64,000 bases of DNA from Sandaracinaceae bacterium (GTDB lineage Bacteria > Myxococcota_A > Polyangia > Polyangiales > Sandaracinaceae): assembly GCA_044220955.1 (NCBI GenBank), contig JBGAQA010000021.1:1-64000 (forward strand), written 5' to 3'. This document shows, in pieces, positions 8,825-17,278 of the stretch (position 1 is its first letter; each line of letters opens with the position of its first letter). The translations under genes were made by a program, and so were the position numbers. Under the pieces are notes generated by a model. That model searched no databases. It was not told where the DNA came from and saw nothing but the letters and a program-made list of their open reading frames with translations.

Positions 8825-10012
8825 GTGAGGCTCACGCTCGCCTCGCTCGTGTGCGCCGCGGTGATCGCGGGGTGCACGGGCATCCCGCCCGGTCTGCTCG
8901 GCTACGAGGCCTTCATGGACCGCGGGCCGGGCACGCGTCCGGGCGGGCGCTTGCTCGTGCGCTGGAGCCGGAGCCTGCAGCCGGCGGTCGAGGGCATCGA
9001 CGGACGCTTCCTCCCGATCGAGCGCGCGATGGCGGCGCTCGACGCCGAGCACGACCGCATCTACGTGGGCTCGGCGCGGGGCTACTTCTGGGCGTTCACG
9101 GGGACCGGCTCGCCGGTCTACATGTACCAGGCGGGCGGCGCGATCGGCTGCCAGCCCTACCTCGACGCCGAGCACGACGAGATCTACTTCGCGAGCGACG
9201 ACGGCGTCGTGCACGCGCTCGTGGCGTCCACCGGCGCGGTGCGCTGGCGCGCCGAGATCGACGGCGCGGTCGGGCGTCGCCCCATCGCGACCGACGACGC
9301 GCTCTTCATCGCGACCGACGCCGACGTCGTCGTGGCCTTCACGCGCGACACGGGCGAGGCGCTCTGGCGCTACCGCCGCGATCCTCCGTCCGGGTTCTAC
9401 ATCGCCGAGCACGCCGGCCTCACGCTCGAGGGGCGGCGCCTGATCACGGGCTTCACGGATGGCGCGGTCGTCTCGCTCGACTCGCACGACGGCCACGTCC
9501 AGTGGACGCGCGACACGCTCGCGGATCTGCCGGCGACCGTGAGCACCGACGTGATGCGCTTCACCGACGTGGACACGACGCCGGTGGTCGACAACGGCAC
9601 GATCTACGTCGCCTCGTTCGCGGGCGGCCTCTACGCGCTCGACGTGAACAGCGGCTCGGTCCGCTGGATCCGCACGGAGCTGACGGGCATCACGGGCCTC
9701 GCCAAGGCGCCCGACGACATGCTGATCGCGTCGAGCGGCGACCTCGGCGTGGTGGGGATCGATCGCGGTACGGGCGACACGCTCTGGCGCCACCGCATCA
9801 CGCGCGGCGCGCCGACGGCCCCGCGCGTCGTGGACGACCTGGTGATCATCGGCGAGACCGAGGGCGGCCTCGTGTCGCTGCTCGCGTCCAACGGCCACGA
9901 GGTCGGCCGCATCGAGAACGGCCATGGGTTCGCCGCGCCGGTCGACGTCGACCAGGGGCTCGGCGCCGCGATCTCGAACGCGGGTGGGCTCTTCGTCTTC
10001 AGCGTGCACTGA
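8825..10012 (+). CDS. PQQ-like beta-propeller lipoprotein, BamB-like
   Basis: Lipobox IAGC; repeated ALD..TG..RW motifs; DVDTTPVVDNGTIYVASFAGGLYALD typical of BamB. Confidence 0.8.
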   Translation: MRLTLASLVCAAVIAGCTGIPPGLLGYEAFMDRGPGTRPGGRLLVRWSRSLQPAVEGIDGRFLPIERAMAALDAEHDRIYVGSARGYFWAFTGTGSPVYMYQAGGAIGCQPYLDAEHDEIYFASDDGVVHALVASTGAVRWRAEIDGAVGRRPIATDDALFIATDADVVVAFTRDTGEALWRYRRDPPSGFYIAEHAGLTLEGRRLITGFTDGAVVSLDSHDGHVQWTRDTLADLPATVSTDVMRFTDVDTTPVVDNGTIYVASFAGGLYALDVNSGSVRWIRTELTGITGLAKAPDDMLIASSGDLGVVGIDRGTGDTLWRHRITRGAPTAPRVVDDLVIIGETEGGLVSLLASNGHEVGRIENGHGFAAPVDVDQGLGAAISNAGGLFVFSVH

Positions 10013-10054
10013 GGGAGGGCTCCGGCCCGCGCGTGCGTAACCTCGGCCGGCGGG

Positions 10055-10246
10055 ATGGGCTACAGCGAGCGGCCCTGGGCACGCGTGGCGATCGACGCGA
10101 CGCGCGAGATCATCGCGTTCGGCACGGGCGGTAAGGGGAATTTCGCCTCGTACTGGGGCCTGGACGCGAGCGGCGCGGCGGCGCTGCTCGTCACGGACTT
10201 CGGCGCGCTCTTCGACCCCGACGAGGCCGCGGGGGAGGACGACTGA
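10055..10246 (+). pseudogene. Probable remnant of a DUF4241-like protein (C-terminal part only)
   Basis: IIAFGTGGKGNFASYWGLDASG...LLVTDF resembles the DUF4241 C-terminal F.SG.GDG.Y..Y.G.D..G....LV.DF pattern; only 63 aa. Confidence 0.45.
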
Positions 10247-10273
10247 ACGCGCCGTGTCCGCTAAGATACCCGT

Positions 10274-10849
10274 GTGAGCACCGCGAAGAAGCTCGCCACG
10301 CGCGAGGACCTGTTCGCGCGTGGCGACGAGCGGATGGAGATCGTCGCGGGCGCGCTCGTGGAGAAGCTGGCGCCGAGCTACGACCATTCGGACACGCAGC
10401 TCGGTGCGGGCACGTTTCTTCGCTCGCGATTTCACCGTGGAGGCGGCGGCGATGGCAGCGCGCCGGGGGGCTGGTGGATCGTGACCGAGTGCGAGATCGA
10501 GCTCGCCCCGAGCGAGATCTACCGGCCCGACCTGGTGGGCTGGCGACGCGATCGCGTCCCGCATCGGCCGCAGGGGCGATGCATCACGATCCGCCCCGAC
10601 TGGGTGGCGGAGGTTCTGTCGCCGTCGAACGCGAGCACCGACGTGGTCCTGAAGTTCCGCGTGTACCAGCGCGCGCAGGTGCCGCACTACTGGACGATCG
10701 ATCCGGCCGAACGAATCCTCACCGTGTATCGCAACACGGGCCACGCGTTCGAGGTCGCGCTCACGGCGGGCCCTGGTGAGACCGTGCGCGCCGAGCCGTT
10801 CGACGCCGTCCCCCTGCCTGTCGGCATCCTGTTCGGCGACGACGCGTGA
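10274..10849 (+). CDS. Uma2 family (DUF820) PD-(D/E)XK endonuclease-like protein
   Basis: MEIVAGALV...P...H, YRPDLVGW, PDWVAEVLSPSN, K...Y....VPHYW.IDP. Confidence 0.9.
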   Translation: MSTAKKLATREDLFARGDERMEIVAGALVEKLAPSYDHSDTQLGAGTFLRSRFHRGGGGDGSAPGGWWIVTECEIELAPSEIYRPDLVGWRRDRVPHRPQGRCITIRPDWVAEVLSPSNASTDVVLKFRVYQRAQVPHYWTIDPAERILTVYRNTGHAFEVALTAGPGETVRAEPFDAVPLPVGILFGDDA

Positions 10850-10918
10850 TCGCGCGCATCGCATTCGTGATCGTGGCCTCGTCGGGCATGGCACCGGGCT
10901 GCGCGCCGGCGCACCGCC

Positions 10919-11353
10919 TCAGAACATGCCGTCGGGCGGGTCTGCGCTCATCTCGAGCGCGGGGTCGTAGTCGGGCGTGAAGCGCACGCGCACCACGTCG
11001 ACACGCTGCCGGTCCCAGTCGAGGTGCGGGCACGGGTGATCGAGCGGGACCGTCACGGTGACGGTGGGCGGGGTGCCCGCGAAGTCGGACGCGTACACGC
11101 GCGCGCTGCCGCGACAGACCGCCTGCGGGTCGTCGCTCGGGGCGTCGATCACGTTGCTGACCGCGATCGCCTCGAGCTCGAGTCGGCCGTTCGCGCGCGT
11201 CGCGGCGTGGTGCGCGTCGTCGAGGCGAAGCGTGGCTGCGACGGCACCGCTCACCATCACCAGCTGCGCGGACGCGATCGAGCGCGGCGGCTGCGGCGTG
11301 TCGCACGCGCACGCGAGGACGGCGCTCGCAAGCCAGAGTCCGGAGCGGTCCAC
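10919..11353 (-). CDS. Hypothetical lipoprotein
   Basis: LASAVLACAC lipobox-like; TAGCCT box 6 nt upstream of GTG. Confidence 0.6.
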   Translation of the reverse strand: MDRSGLWLASAVLACACDTPQPPRSIASAQLVMVSGAVAATLRLDDAHHAATRANGRLELEAIAVSNVIDAPSDDPQAVCRGSARVYASDFAGTPPTVTVTVPLDHPCPHLDWDRQRVDVVRVRFTPDYDPALEMSADPPDGMF

Positions 11354-11432
11354 GCGCCGAGGCTACACCCGGTACGATCTGCTGGGTGACTTCGCAGAAG
11401 ATGGATTATGTCAAGTCGAGGGTCGGGGCGAG

Positions 11433-11945
11433 CTACTTGCGGTCCGTGCCCAGGAACAGGCGCTTTGCGAGCTCGGACGCGTCCACCTGACCGGCTCCGA
11501 CGAGCGCCTCGACGACCGCTCGCCCGAGCCGCGCGAGCTCGAGGAGCGAGTGGATCCGCTCGCGCCGGACGGCGTCCGCCTCGGGGGTCTCGCGCAGCGC
11601 CTGCTCGAACGCGGCGATCGCCTCGACGATCTCGACCAGCTCGCGCTCGCGGAACACGCGCGACACCATCTTCCAGACGTTGTTCTCGGCGACGAAGTGC
11701 TCCTGGCGGCTGCCCGCGACGAACACGCGCCGGACGACGCCCCAGCGCTGCAGCTCGGTGAGCGTCATCGACACCGAGCCGGCCGACACCGCGAGCTGCG
11801 TGCGCAGCGTCCGCGCCGAGACCGGCTCGGGCGCCAGGTAGAGCAGCGCCCAGACGCGCCCCATGTTCCGCTTGAAGCCCCAGAACTCGATCAGGCGCCC
11901 GAGGGCATCACTGACGATCCGGTCGGCTGGCGTCAGCTCATCCAT
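11433..11945 (-). CDS. GbsR/MarR-family winged-helix transcriptional regulator
   Basis: FWGFKRNMGRVWALLYLAPEP..L.VSAGSVSMTLTELQRWGVV...GSRQEHFVAE. Confidence 0.85.
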   Translation of the reverse strand: MDELTPADRIVSDALGRLIEFWGFKRNMGRVWALLYLAPEPVSARTLRTQLAVSAGSVSMTLTELQRWGVVRRVFVAGSRQEHFVAENNVWKMVSRVFRERELVEIVEAIAAFEQALRETPEADAVRRERIHSLLELARLGRAVVEALVGAGQVDASELAKRLFLGTDRK

Positions 11946-12029
11946 CGCGACCGATACTCAGGCACCGAATCGACGCCAGCCCCGGGCTCCGCCGGTCCCT
12001 CGAGGGGCCCGCTCAGGGCCCATGAGGAA

Positions 12030-13265
12030 TCAGTCGCGGGCGCGCTCGACGTAGAAGCCATCGAAGCCCTCGCCGTAGTCGCCCTCGCCCGCCGCGAAGA
12101 CGACGAGCCGGACGTTGCGGAGCTGGATCGCATAGAGGCCGACCGGCAGCACCATCGTCTCCCCGGTGTCCTCGGGCGCGACCTCGACCGTTTGCTCCTC
12201 GGTGCCCTCGGTCGCGTCGACGCCGGCCGCCGCGGCGAGGAGCTCCTCGAGGCTGGCGTCGCCGCCCTCGGCGGCCGCCCCCTCCGACGGAGGAGCCGAG
12301 CCGTCGGCGCTCGCCTCGGCGGGCGGTGCCCCCGACTCCTGGTCGGGGATCTCGGTGTCGGCCTCTTCGGGCGTCTCGCTCGCCGCGCTCTCGCTCGCCG
12401 TGATGGCCTCGATGGGCTCCGGCACGACGTCGATCGTGTGCGCGCCGGGCGCCGCGGCGCCGATGACGGGCAGGAGGCGCTCGAGCGCCCAGTTCATGGC
12501 CTGCTGGCGCTGCTCGGGATCCTCGTCCGTCACCAGGGTTCGGTTCTCGAGCTCGTACCAGCGCGAGAACCCCATGTTCGGCAGCAGCACCTCGACGCGC
12601 TCGACGCGGCCCCCGTCGAGGCGGATGCGCAGGAACATCTGCATCTCGCGCTCGATGCGCGTCGCGCCCGGGACGGGGATCGCATAGTGCGCGTGGTAGT
12701 GCTTCAGGCAGTGCGTCGGCGTGCACATCGGCGCCGGCGCCTGGCCGAACGCGGTCGAGAACTCCGGGTTCGCGCGGGCGACCTGGGCGATCGTCTGTCC
12801 GTAGTTGTGGATGCTGAGGAGCGTGCGAGCCCAGAACGTCGTGGCCTGCGTCACCCACTGCCGGCGCTGCTCCGCCTGGGCGGCAGCATCGACGCGCTGC
12901 ACTTCTTCGACGTGCTGGACCTCGACCTCGCGGTGCTCCTCGACGTGCGTGACGGCGGCGAGGCGCGCGTGCGCCTGCTCCGCGTAGGTGCCGTCCGGGT
13001 ACGCCGAGAGGTAGTGCTCGAGGCCCGCCTGCGTCGAGTTGCCGGAGAGCCAGACGCCCTGCTCGCGCGCCTCGCGCTCGCGCGCGATGTCGGCGGCCCA
13101 CATCCCGTTCGGGTAGTGCTCGGCGTACGCGGCCATCGCGATGAGCCGCTCGTCGTCGTTCTGGGCGAGGCGCGTCGAGCGGTAGAGCGCGTACTCCTCG
13201 TGGGTCGCCACGATGGAGCAACCGGCCGTGACGAGGATCCCCAGCGCGAGAAGGTAGCGTCGCAT
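12030..13265 (-). CDS. Hypothetical lipoprotein with helical YL..YP.G.Y repeats and acidic linker
   Basis: MRRYLLALGILVTAGC lipobox; YAEHYPNG and YLSAYPDGTYAEQA repeats. Confidence 0.75.
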   Translation of the reverse strand: MRRYLLALGILVTAGCSIVATHEEYALYRSTRLAQNDDERLIAMAAYAEHYPNGMWAADIAREREAREQGVWLSGNSTQAGLEHYLSAYPDGTYAEQAHARLAAVTHVEEHREVEVQHVEEVQRVDAAAQAEQRRQWVTQATTFWARTLLSIHNYGQTIAQVARANPEFSTAFGQAPAPMCTPTHCLKHYHAHYAIPVPGATRIEREMQMFLRIRLDGGRVERVEVLLPNMGFSRWYELENRTLVTDEDPEQRQQAMNWALERLLPVIGAAAPGAHTIDVVPEPIEAITASESAASETPEEADTEIPDQESGAPPAEASADGSAPPSEGAAAEGGDASLEELLAAAAGVDATEGTEEQTVEVAPEDTGETMVLPVGLYAIQLRNVRLVVFAAGEGDYGEGFDGFYVERARD

Positions 13266-13309
13266 GGACGAGTGTGACGCGCGGGACGGCCGCTCGGCTT
13301 GGGTGCCCA

Positions 13310-13708
13310 TCAGATGCCCTCCAGGGAGGCGGCGCCGCAGAGCGTGGTGCTCTGGCACTCGACGAGCATGTCGGTCGGCGTGCTGATCCGGTTCGCGTCG
13401 GAGACCGCGGAGATGCACGCGTTGGCGAGCGCCTGCGAGGGGCTACACCCCGGCGGGAAGTTGAAGCCGGCGCACATGCTGTCGATGCGGCTCGAGCAGA
13501 CGTTGTACTGGGTCATGTCGATCCGCCCGAACGCGAGATCCCGCGCGCACGCGTAGGCCTCCTTGTTCGTGCAGAACTGCACGCGGTCGACCGGACCTGG
13601 GCCGCCGTCGGTGCTGCAGTTGCCCACGTAGCCGGGGGCCGGGCCTCCGATCGCGAGCCCGAGGACGGCGAGCGCGGCGGCCCTCAGGAAGAATCGTCGC
13701 GCGCTCAC
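13310..13708 (-). CDS. Small secreted Cys-rich protein
   Basis: GTGA overlap with upstream stop; RRFFLR..hydrophobic leader; about 9 Cys in the mature part. Confidence 0.7.
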   Translation of the reverse strand: MSARRFFLRAAALAVLGLAIGGPAPGYVGNCSTDGGPGPVDRVQFCTNKEAYACARDLAFGRIDMTQYNVCSSRIDSMCAGFNFPPGCSPSQALANACISAVSDANRISTPTDMLVECQSTTLCGAASLEGI

Positions 13709-14373
13709 GGCAGCACCTCGTAGTCGATCGCGACACCGATCTCGAAGCTCAAGAGCGGGTGGTTGTCCTGGGCGAAGTACTGCGAAAAGTCGATCTCGCC
13801 GTAGATGCCCAGGCCGGCCAGGGGGCGCACGAGCATCCCGACGCCTGCCTCCCACCCCCAGCTGAACTGCTCGCCGAGCGCCAGGGCGATGCCGAGGCGG
13901 CCCGTGGCGTTGAACCACTCGCCGAGGTCGCCGTCGGGGACGAGGCGAATCATGTAGGCCGGGGCGATGGAGTACTGCGTGAAGCCGTCGACGCCGAAGC
14001 CCGGTGTGGCGATGCCGTCCCCCGTCATGGGCGTGGCGACCCCGAGCACCACCCCGTGCTGGGCCAGCCCGTCGCTCTCGAAGAAGTAGCCGCCCCGGAG
14101 CTGCAAGTACGCGGGCGCGAGGCGATCCTGGTTCAGGTCCACGTACTGGACGATCCGGACGCTCCCGCCGACGCCGAGGCCCACGTAGGCGCGCCCGTAG
14201 TGGTGCGCGGCAGGCCCGGAGGCCGTCTCGTCGTGGTGCTCCTCGCCCCAGGCGTAGCCGCCACGGGAGTGGCCGGCCTCCTCGTCGTCCTGCGCGAGCG
14301 ACGTGGCAGAGAAGAACAGTGCGGGTGTGGCGAGCGCACACGCGGCGAAGAGGCGAAGAACGTCCCGGGGCAC
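13705..14373 (-). CDS. Outer-membrane beta-barrel protein
   Basis: Signal peptide SLA|Q; amphipathic strands; ends ..IGVAIDYEVLP. Confidence 0.72.
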   Translation of the reverse strand: MPRDVLRLFAACALATPALFFSATSLAQDDEEAGHSRGGYAWGEEHHDETASGPAAHHYGRAYVGLGVGGSVRIVQYVDLNQDRLAPAYLQLRGGYFFESDGLAQHGVVLGVATPMTGDGIATPGFGVDGFTQYSIAPAYMIRLVPDGDLGEWFNATGRLGIALALGEQFSWGWEAGVGMLVRPLAGLGIYGEIDFSQYFAQDNHPLLSFEIGVAIDYEVLP

Positions 14374-14381
14374 GGCGGCCG

Positions 14382-14410
14382 ACGGTAGAAGAGGCGCGAC
14401 GGGCGGTCAA
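14382..14410 (-). promoter_or_regulatory. Putative sigma70 promoter, leaderless
   Basis: TTGACC, 17 nt, TACCGT, then 8 nt to GTG 14373. Confidence 0.65.
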
Positions 14411-14438
14411 GCGTGCACGCCGTGATATACACGCCAGC

Positions 14439-15062
14439 GTGACTCGGTTCCTCGCGGGCTTCGCGCTCGCGTCACTGGTGTGGGGAGGTCTCGGGGCCTA
14501 CCTCGTCGTCGAGCAAGGCTACGGGCCGCCGCCCGAGGAGCCGGAAGCCGACATCGAGGTCGCGACGCTCGACACCCCGACGGACGAGCCAGAGAGCCCC
14601 GGCCGTGCGCGGCGGCCGCGTCGAAGGCGTGAGGGTGCAGGCACGATTCGCGGCGGCGGTCCCAGCGCCGACGAGGGCTCGAGCGGTGTAGCGGGTCCCT
14701 TCGGCGACGCGGTCACGGGCGACGACCTCGGCGAAGGCGAGCTGCGCGTCATCGACGGCGCCGGCAGCGGCGGGGAGGAGCAGCTCACCGGCGCCGAGAT
14801 CGACCACGCGTTCGACGGCGTCATGCCTCGGGTCCGCCGGTGCTTCATCCTCGCGGCGACCGATCGGGAGCTGACGGGCACCCTCACCTTCGGCTTGCGG
14901 ATCGGCGGCAACGGCCACGTGAGCGCGGTGAACCTCTCGGGCCCGGCCGTCCTGACGACCGGCGAGTGCGGGGACTGCCTCCGCACGACGGCCCGGAGCA
15001 TCCAGTTCCCCACGTTCGACGGCCCCGAGATGGTCGTCCGGTACCCGATCACCCTCGAGTGA
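14439..15062 (+). CDS. Membrane-anchored protein with AgmX/PglI (TonB-C-like) C-terminal domain
   Basis: N-terminal TM, disordered linker, LT..EI..........RCF......GTL.....I..NG.V..V....C..CL......FP.F.G..M.V.YP. Confidence 0.72.
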   Translation: MTRFLAGFALASLVWGGLGAYLVVEQGYGPPPEEPEADIEVATLDTPTDEPESPGRARRPRRRREGAGTIRGGGPSADEGSSGVAGPFGDAVTGDDLGEGELRVIDGAGSGGEEQLTGAEIDHAFDGVMPRVRRCFILAATDRELTGTLTFGLRIGGNGHVSAVNLSGPAVLTTGECGDCLRTTARSIQFPTFDGPEMVVRYPITLE

Positions 15063-15162
15063 GACCGCGGCGGCCGAGCCGCTCGCGTCCAACCTGAACG
15101 CTCGGGCAGGGATGGGGCTTGTCCCGGGCGAACCTTTCGCGTAACCCGTTGTCTAGAGGTCC

Positions 15163-15825
15163 GTGGCCAGCGCTCAACCCCACGCATCCGGCGGCACCCT
15201 CGGGCGGGACGAGGTCGATCCGGAGCTCCTCGCGCTCCCCGCTCCCCCGCCCGGGCGCCGCATCGCGACGATGGCGCTCATGGCGCTGGTCGTCGTGGTC
15301 GCCCTCGCCCTGGTCGCCTCGCTGCGGAGCGATCTCGCGTTCTTCTTCGCGCGCGGCAGCACCGAGGAGCTCGGCGACGTGACCAGCGTCACGGCGTCGT
15401 CGCTCACGCCGAACACGCTCGTGACCGTCGAGGGGACGCCGCTCAGCGCGGGCGCCGTTCGCTACCGGCGGGTGCTCACGGGAGACTCGTACGTCGTGTT
15501 TCCGCTGGCCGGCCAGCGGACGGTGTTCGTTCACCTGAGCGAGGACGCGGCGCGGACGCCGCGGACGACGTACAGCGGACGCCTCGTGCGCTTCGCGGAT
15601 CTCGGCGGACGGCTCTCGTCGGTGCGCGAGTACCTCGCGACCAACATGGAGATGCCCGTGACGCCCGAGTCGTACGTCCTGCTCGTGGACGAGACGCCGG
15701 GCTCGTGTTGGTGGGCGGTCGGCCTGGCGATCCTCGCCGCGCTCTTCGTGCTCGTGGACGTGATGCTGATCGTGCGCTGGTTCCGACCCGTCGGCCCATC
15801 CCCTGGCGATCCCGCGCCCAGCTGA
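15163..15825 (+). CDS. Two-TM membrane protein, unknown function
   Basis: TM - ~130 aa beta-rich periplasmic region - TM. Confidence 0.7.
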   Translation: MASAQPHASGGTLGRDEVDPELLALPAPPPGRRIATMALMALVVVVALALVASLRSDLAFFFARGSTEELGDVTSVTASSLTPNTLVTVEGTPLSAGAVRYRRVLTGDSYVVFPLAGQRTVFVHLSEDAARTPRTTYSGRLVRFADLGGRLSSVREYLATNMEMPVTPESYVLLVDETPGSCWWAVGLAILAALFVLVDVMLIVRWFRPVGPSPGDPAPS

Positions 15826-15852
15826 GGCGGGCCCGTGTAGGATGGGGCCACC

Positions 15853-17265
15853 GTGAGGCGACCCCTTCCGTCGCTCGATCAGATCGCGCGCGCGCTGCTC
15901 GTGCAAGGAGCTCGTGACGCCGCCGTGGATCTGATGGAGGCGGTCGTAGCGCGCGGCGGTGAGGAACGGCCGCGCTGCGAGGCGCTCCTGCAGGCCGTCC
16001 GCGCACGTCCCCACGATCGGGTGAGCGGCCCGCCGATCGCGCTCGACGCCGGGCTCGTCGAGGCGCTCGCGGCGCAGGGCCGGCTGATCGAGGCATGGGC
16101 GGTGACGCGGGGCGCGCGCGTCGGGCACGGCGTCGCCGGAGTCGAGATCGCGCAGGCGCTCTCGCTCGTCATGGATCCCGCTGGGCTCGTCGAGCCCTGG
16201 CTCGGCCGCTGGACGCAGATCGTGGCTTCCGGGAGCGCCGCGGACATCGCGGCGATCGAGCGCGAGGTGATCGCCGGTCGTCCGGTGCCGCCCGAGCTGC
16301 TCGAGCGGATGCGGGTCGCGTGGCGGCTGCTGAAGGGGTTCTGGTCCTCTGCCGCGAACGACGGGTCTCGGGGCGGGCTCGAGCCCGAGCTACGCGCGGC
16401 GCTCGTCGCCCGCGTGGGCGCCCGAGACCTGCCCGGCGCCCTCGAGCTGCTGCGCGCCGCCGCTGGCTCCTCCGACGCGGCGCTGCCCGTGGCGATGGCG
16501 CTCGCGCGCCTGCTCTCCGCCGCGGAGCGCGCGATGTCGGAGGAGCCGCCCGGCGCGTCGAACACGGTCCCGCTGCAGGGGGCGGGCCTGGCGCTCCTGC
16601 AGCTCCGCATGGGCAACTTCGAGGACGCCGAGCGCTTCCTTCGCAAGATCGTCGTCGAGTCTCCCTCCGACCACGTCGCGCGTGACCGGCTCGCCGACGT
16701 CCTCGCGCTCCGGCGCGCGCTCGAGGGTGCCGCGTCCGAGGACCCCCAGCCGCTCGAGCTCGCCAAGACGCCGGCGCCGGACTGGCTCAACAAGAAGGGG
16801 CAGCGCGTGAGCGTCGAAGGATGGGCCGCTGCACAGAAGGCGCAGCCGCGCCCGCAGGCACCGAGCTGGGGCGAGGACGACGAGCCGCCGACGTCGGTGA
16901 TCCGTCCGGACGAGGAGGCCGAGCTCCACGTGAAGGCGGGCCACCCCGAGCGCGCCATCCCGATCTACGAGCTGCTCGTGCGGAAGTACCCCGACAAGCC
17001 CCGCTTCCAGACGCGCCTGGTCGAGCTGCGCGCGATGCTCGCGGCCGCCGCGCGGGCACCGGGATCGGCCTCGGCCGCCGTCATGCCTGCCGACGGCGGG
17101 GTGTTCGTGCTCGACGGACCGACGACGGTCGAGCGCCGCCGCACGGCCGTCCCGACCGGTGGCGGTCCGCCGAGCGCGGCGTCGAGCGCCGGCGTGACGG
17201 ACGTCGGCGCGACCGTCGTCGCCGCCGTCGTCGTCCCGGTACGACCGATCGTTCGCATTCGCTGA
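15853..17265 (+). CDS. Helical/TPR-containing protein
   Basis: TPR-like LALLQLRMGNFEDAERFLRKIV and AELHVKAGHPERAIPIYELLVRKYP. Confidence 0.7.
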   Translation: MRRPLPSLDQIARALLVQGARDAAVDLMEAVVARGGEERPRCEALLQAVRARPHDRVSGPPIALDAGLVEALAAQGRLIEAWAVTRGARVGHGVAGVEIAQALSLVMDPAGLVEPWLGRWTQIVASGSAADIAAIEREVIAGRPVPPELLERMRVAWRLLKGFWSSAANDGSRGGLEPELRAALVARVGARDLPGALELLRAAAGSSDAALPVAMALARLLSAAERAMSEEPPGASNTVPLQGAGLALLQLRMGNFEDAERFLRKIVVESPSDHVARDRLADVLALRRALEGAASEDPQPLELAKTPAPDWLNKKGQRVSVEGWAAAQKAQPRPQAPSWGEDDEPPTSVIRPDEEAELHVKAGHPERAIPIYELLVRKYPDKPRFQTRLVELRAMLAAAARAPGSASAAVMPADGGVFVLDGPTTVERRRTAVPTGGGPPSAASSAGVTDVGATVVAAVVVPVRPIVRIR

Positions 17266-17278
17266 CGGACTCACCTGC

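Noticed and set aside
10274..10849. Uma2 gene as a defence system
   Set aside because: Solitary; such genes are commonly multi-copy in large bacterial genomes and no partner genes are present
11409..11414. Minus-strand TTGACA as a -35 box
   Set aside because: No -10 hexamer at 16-18 nt spacing
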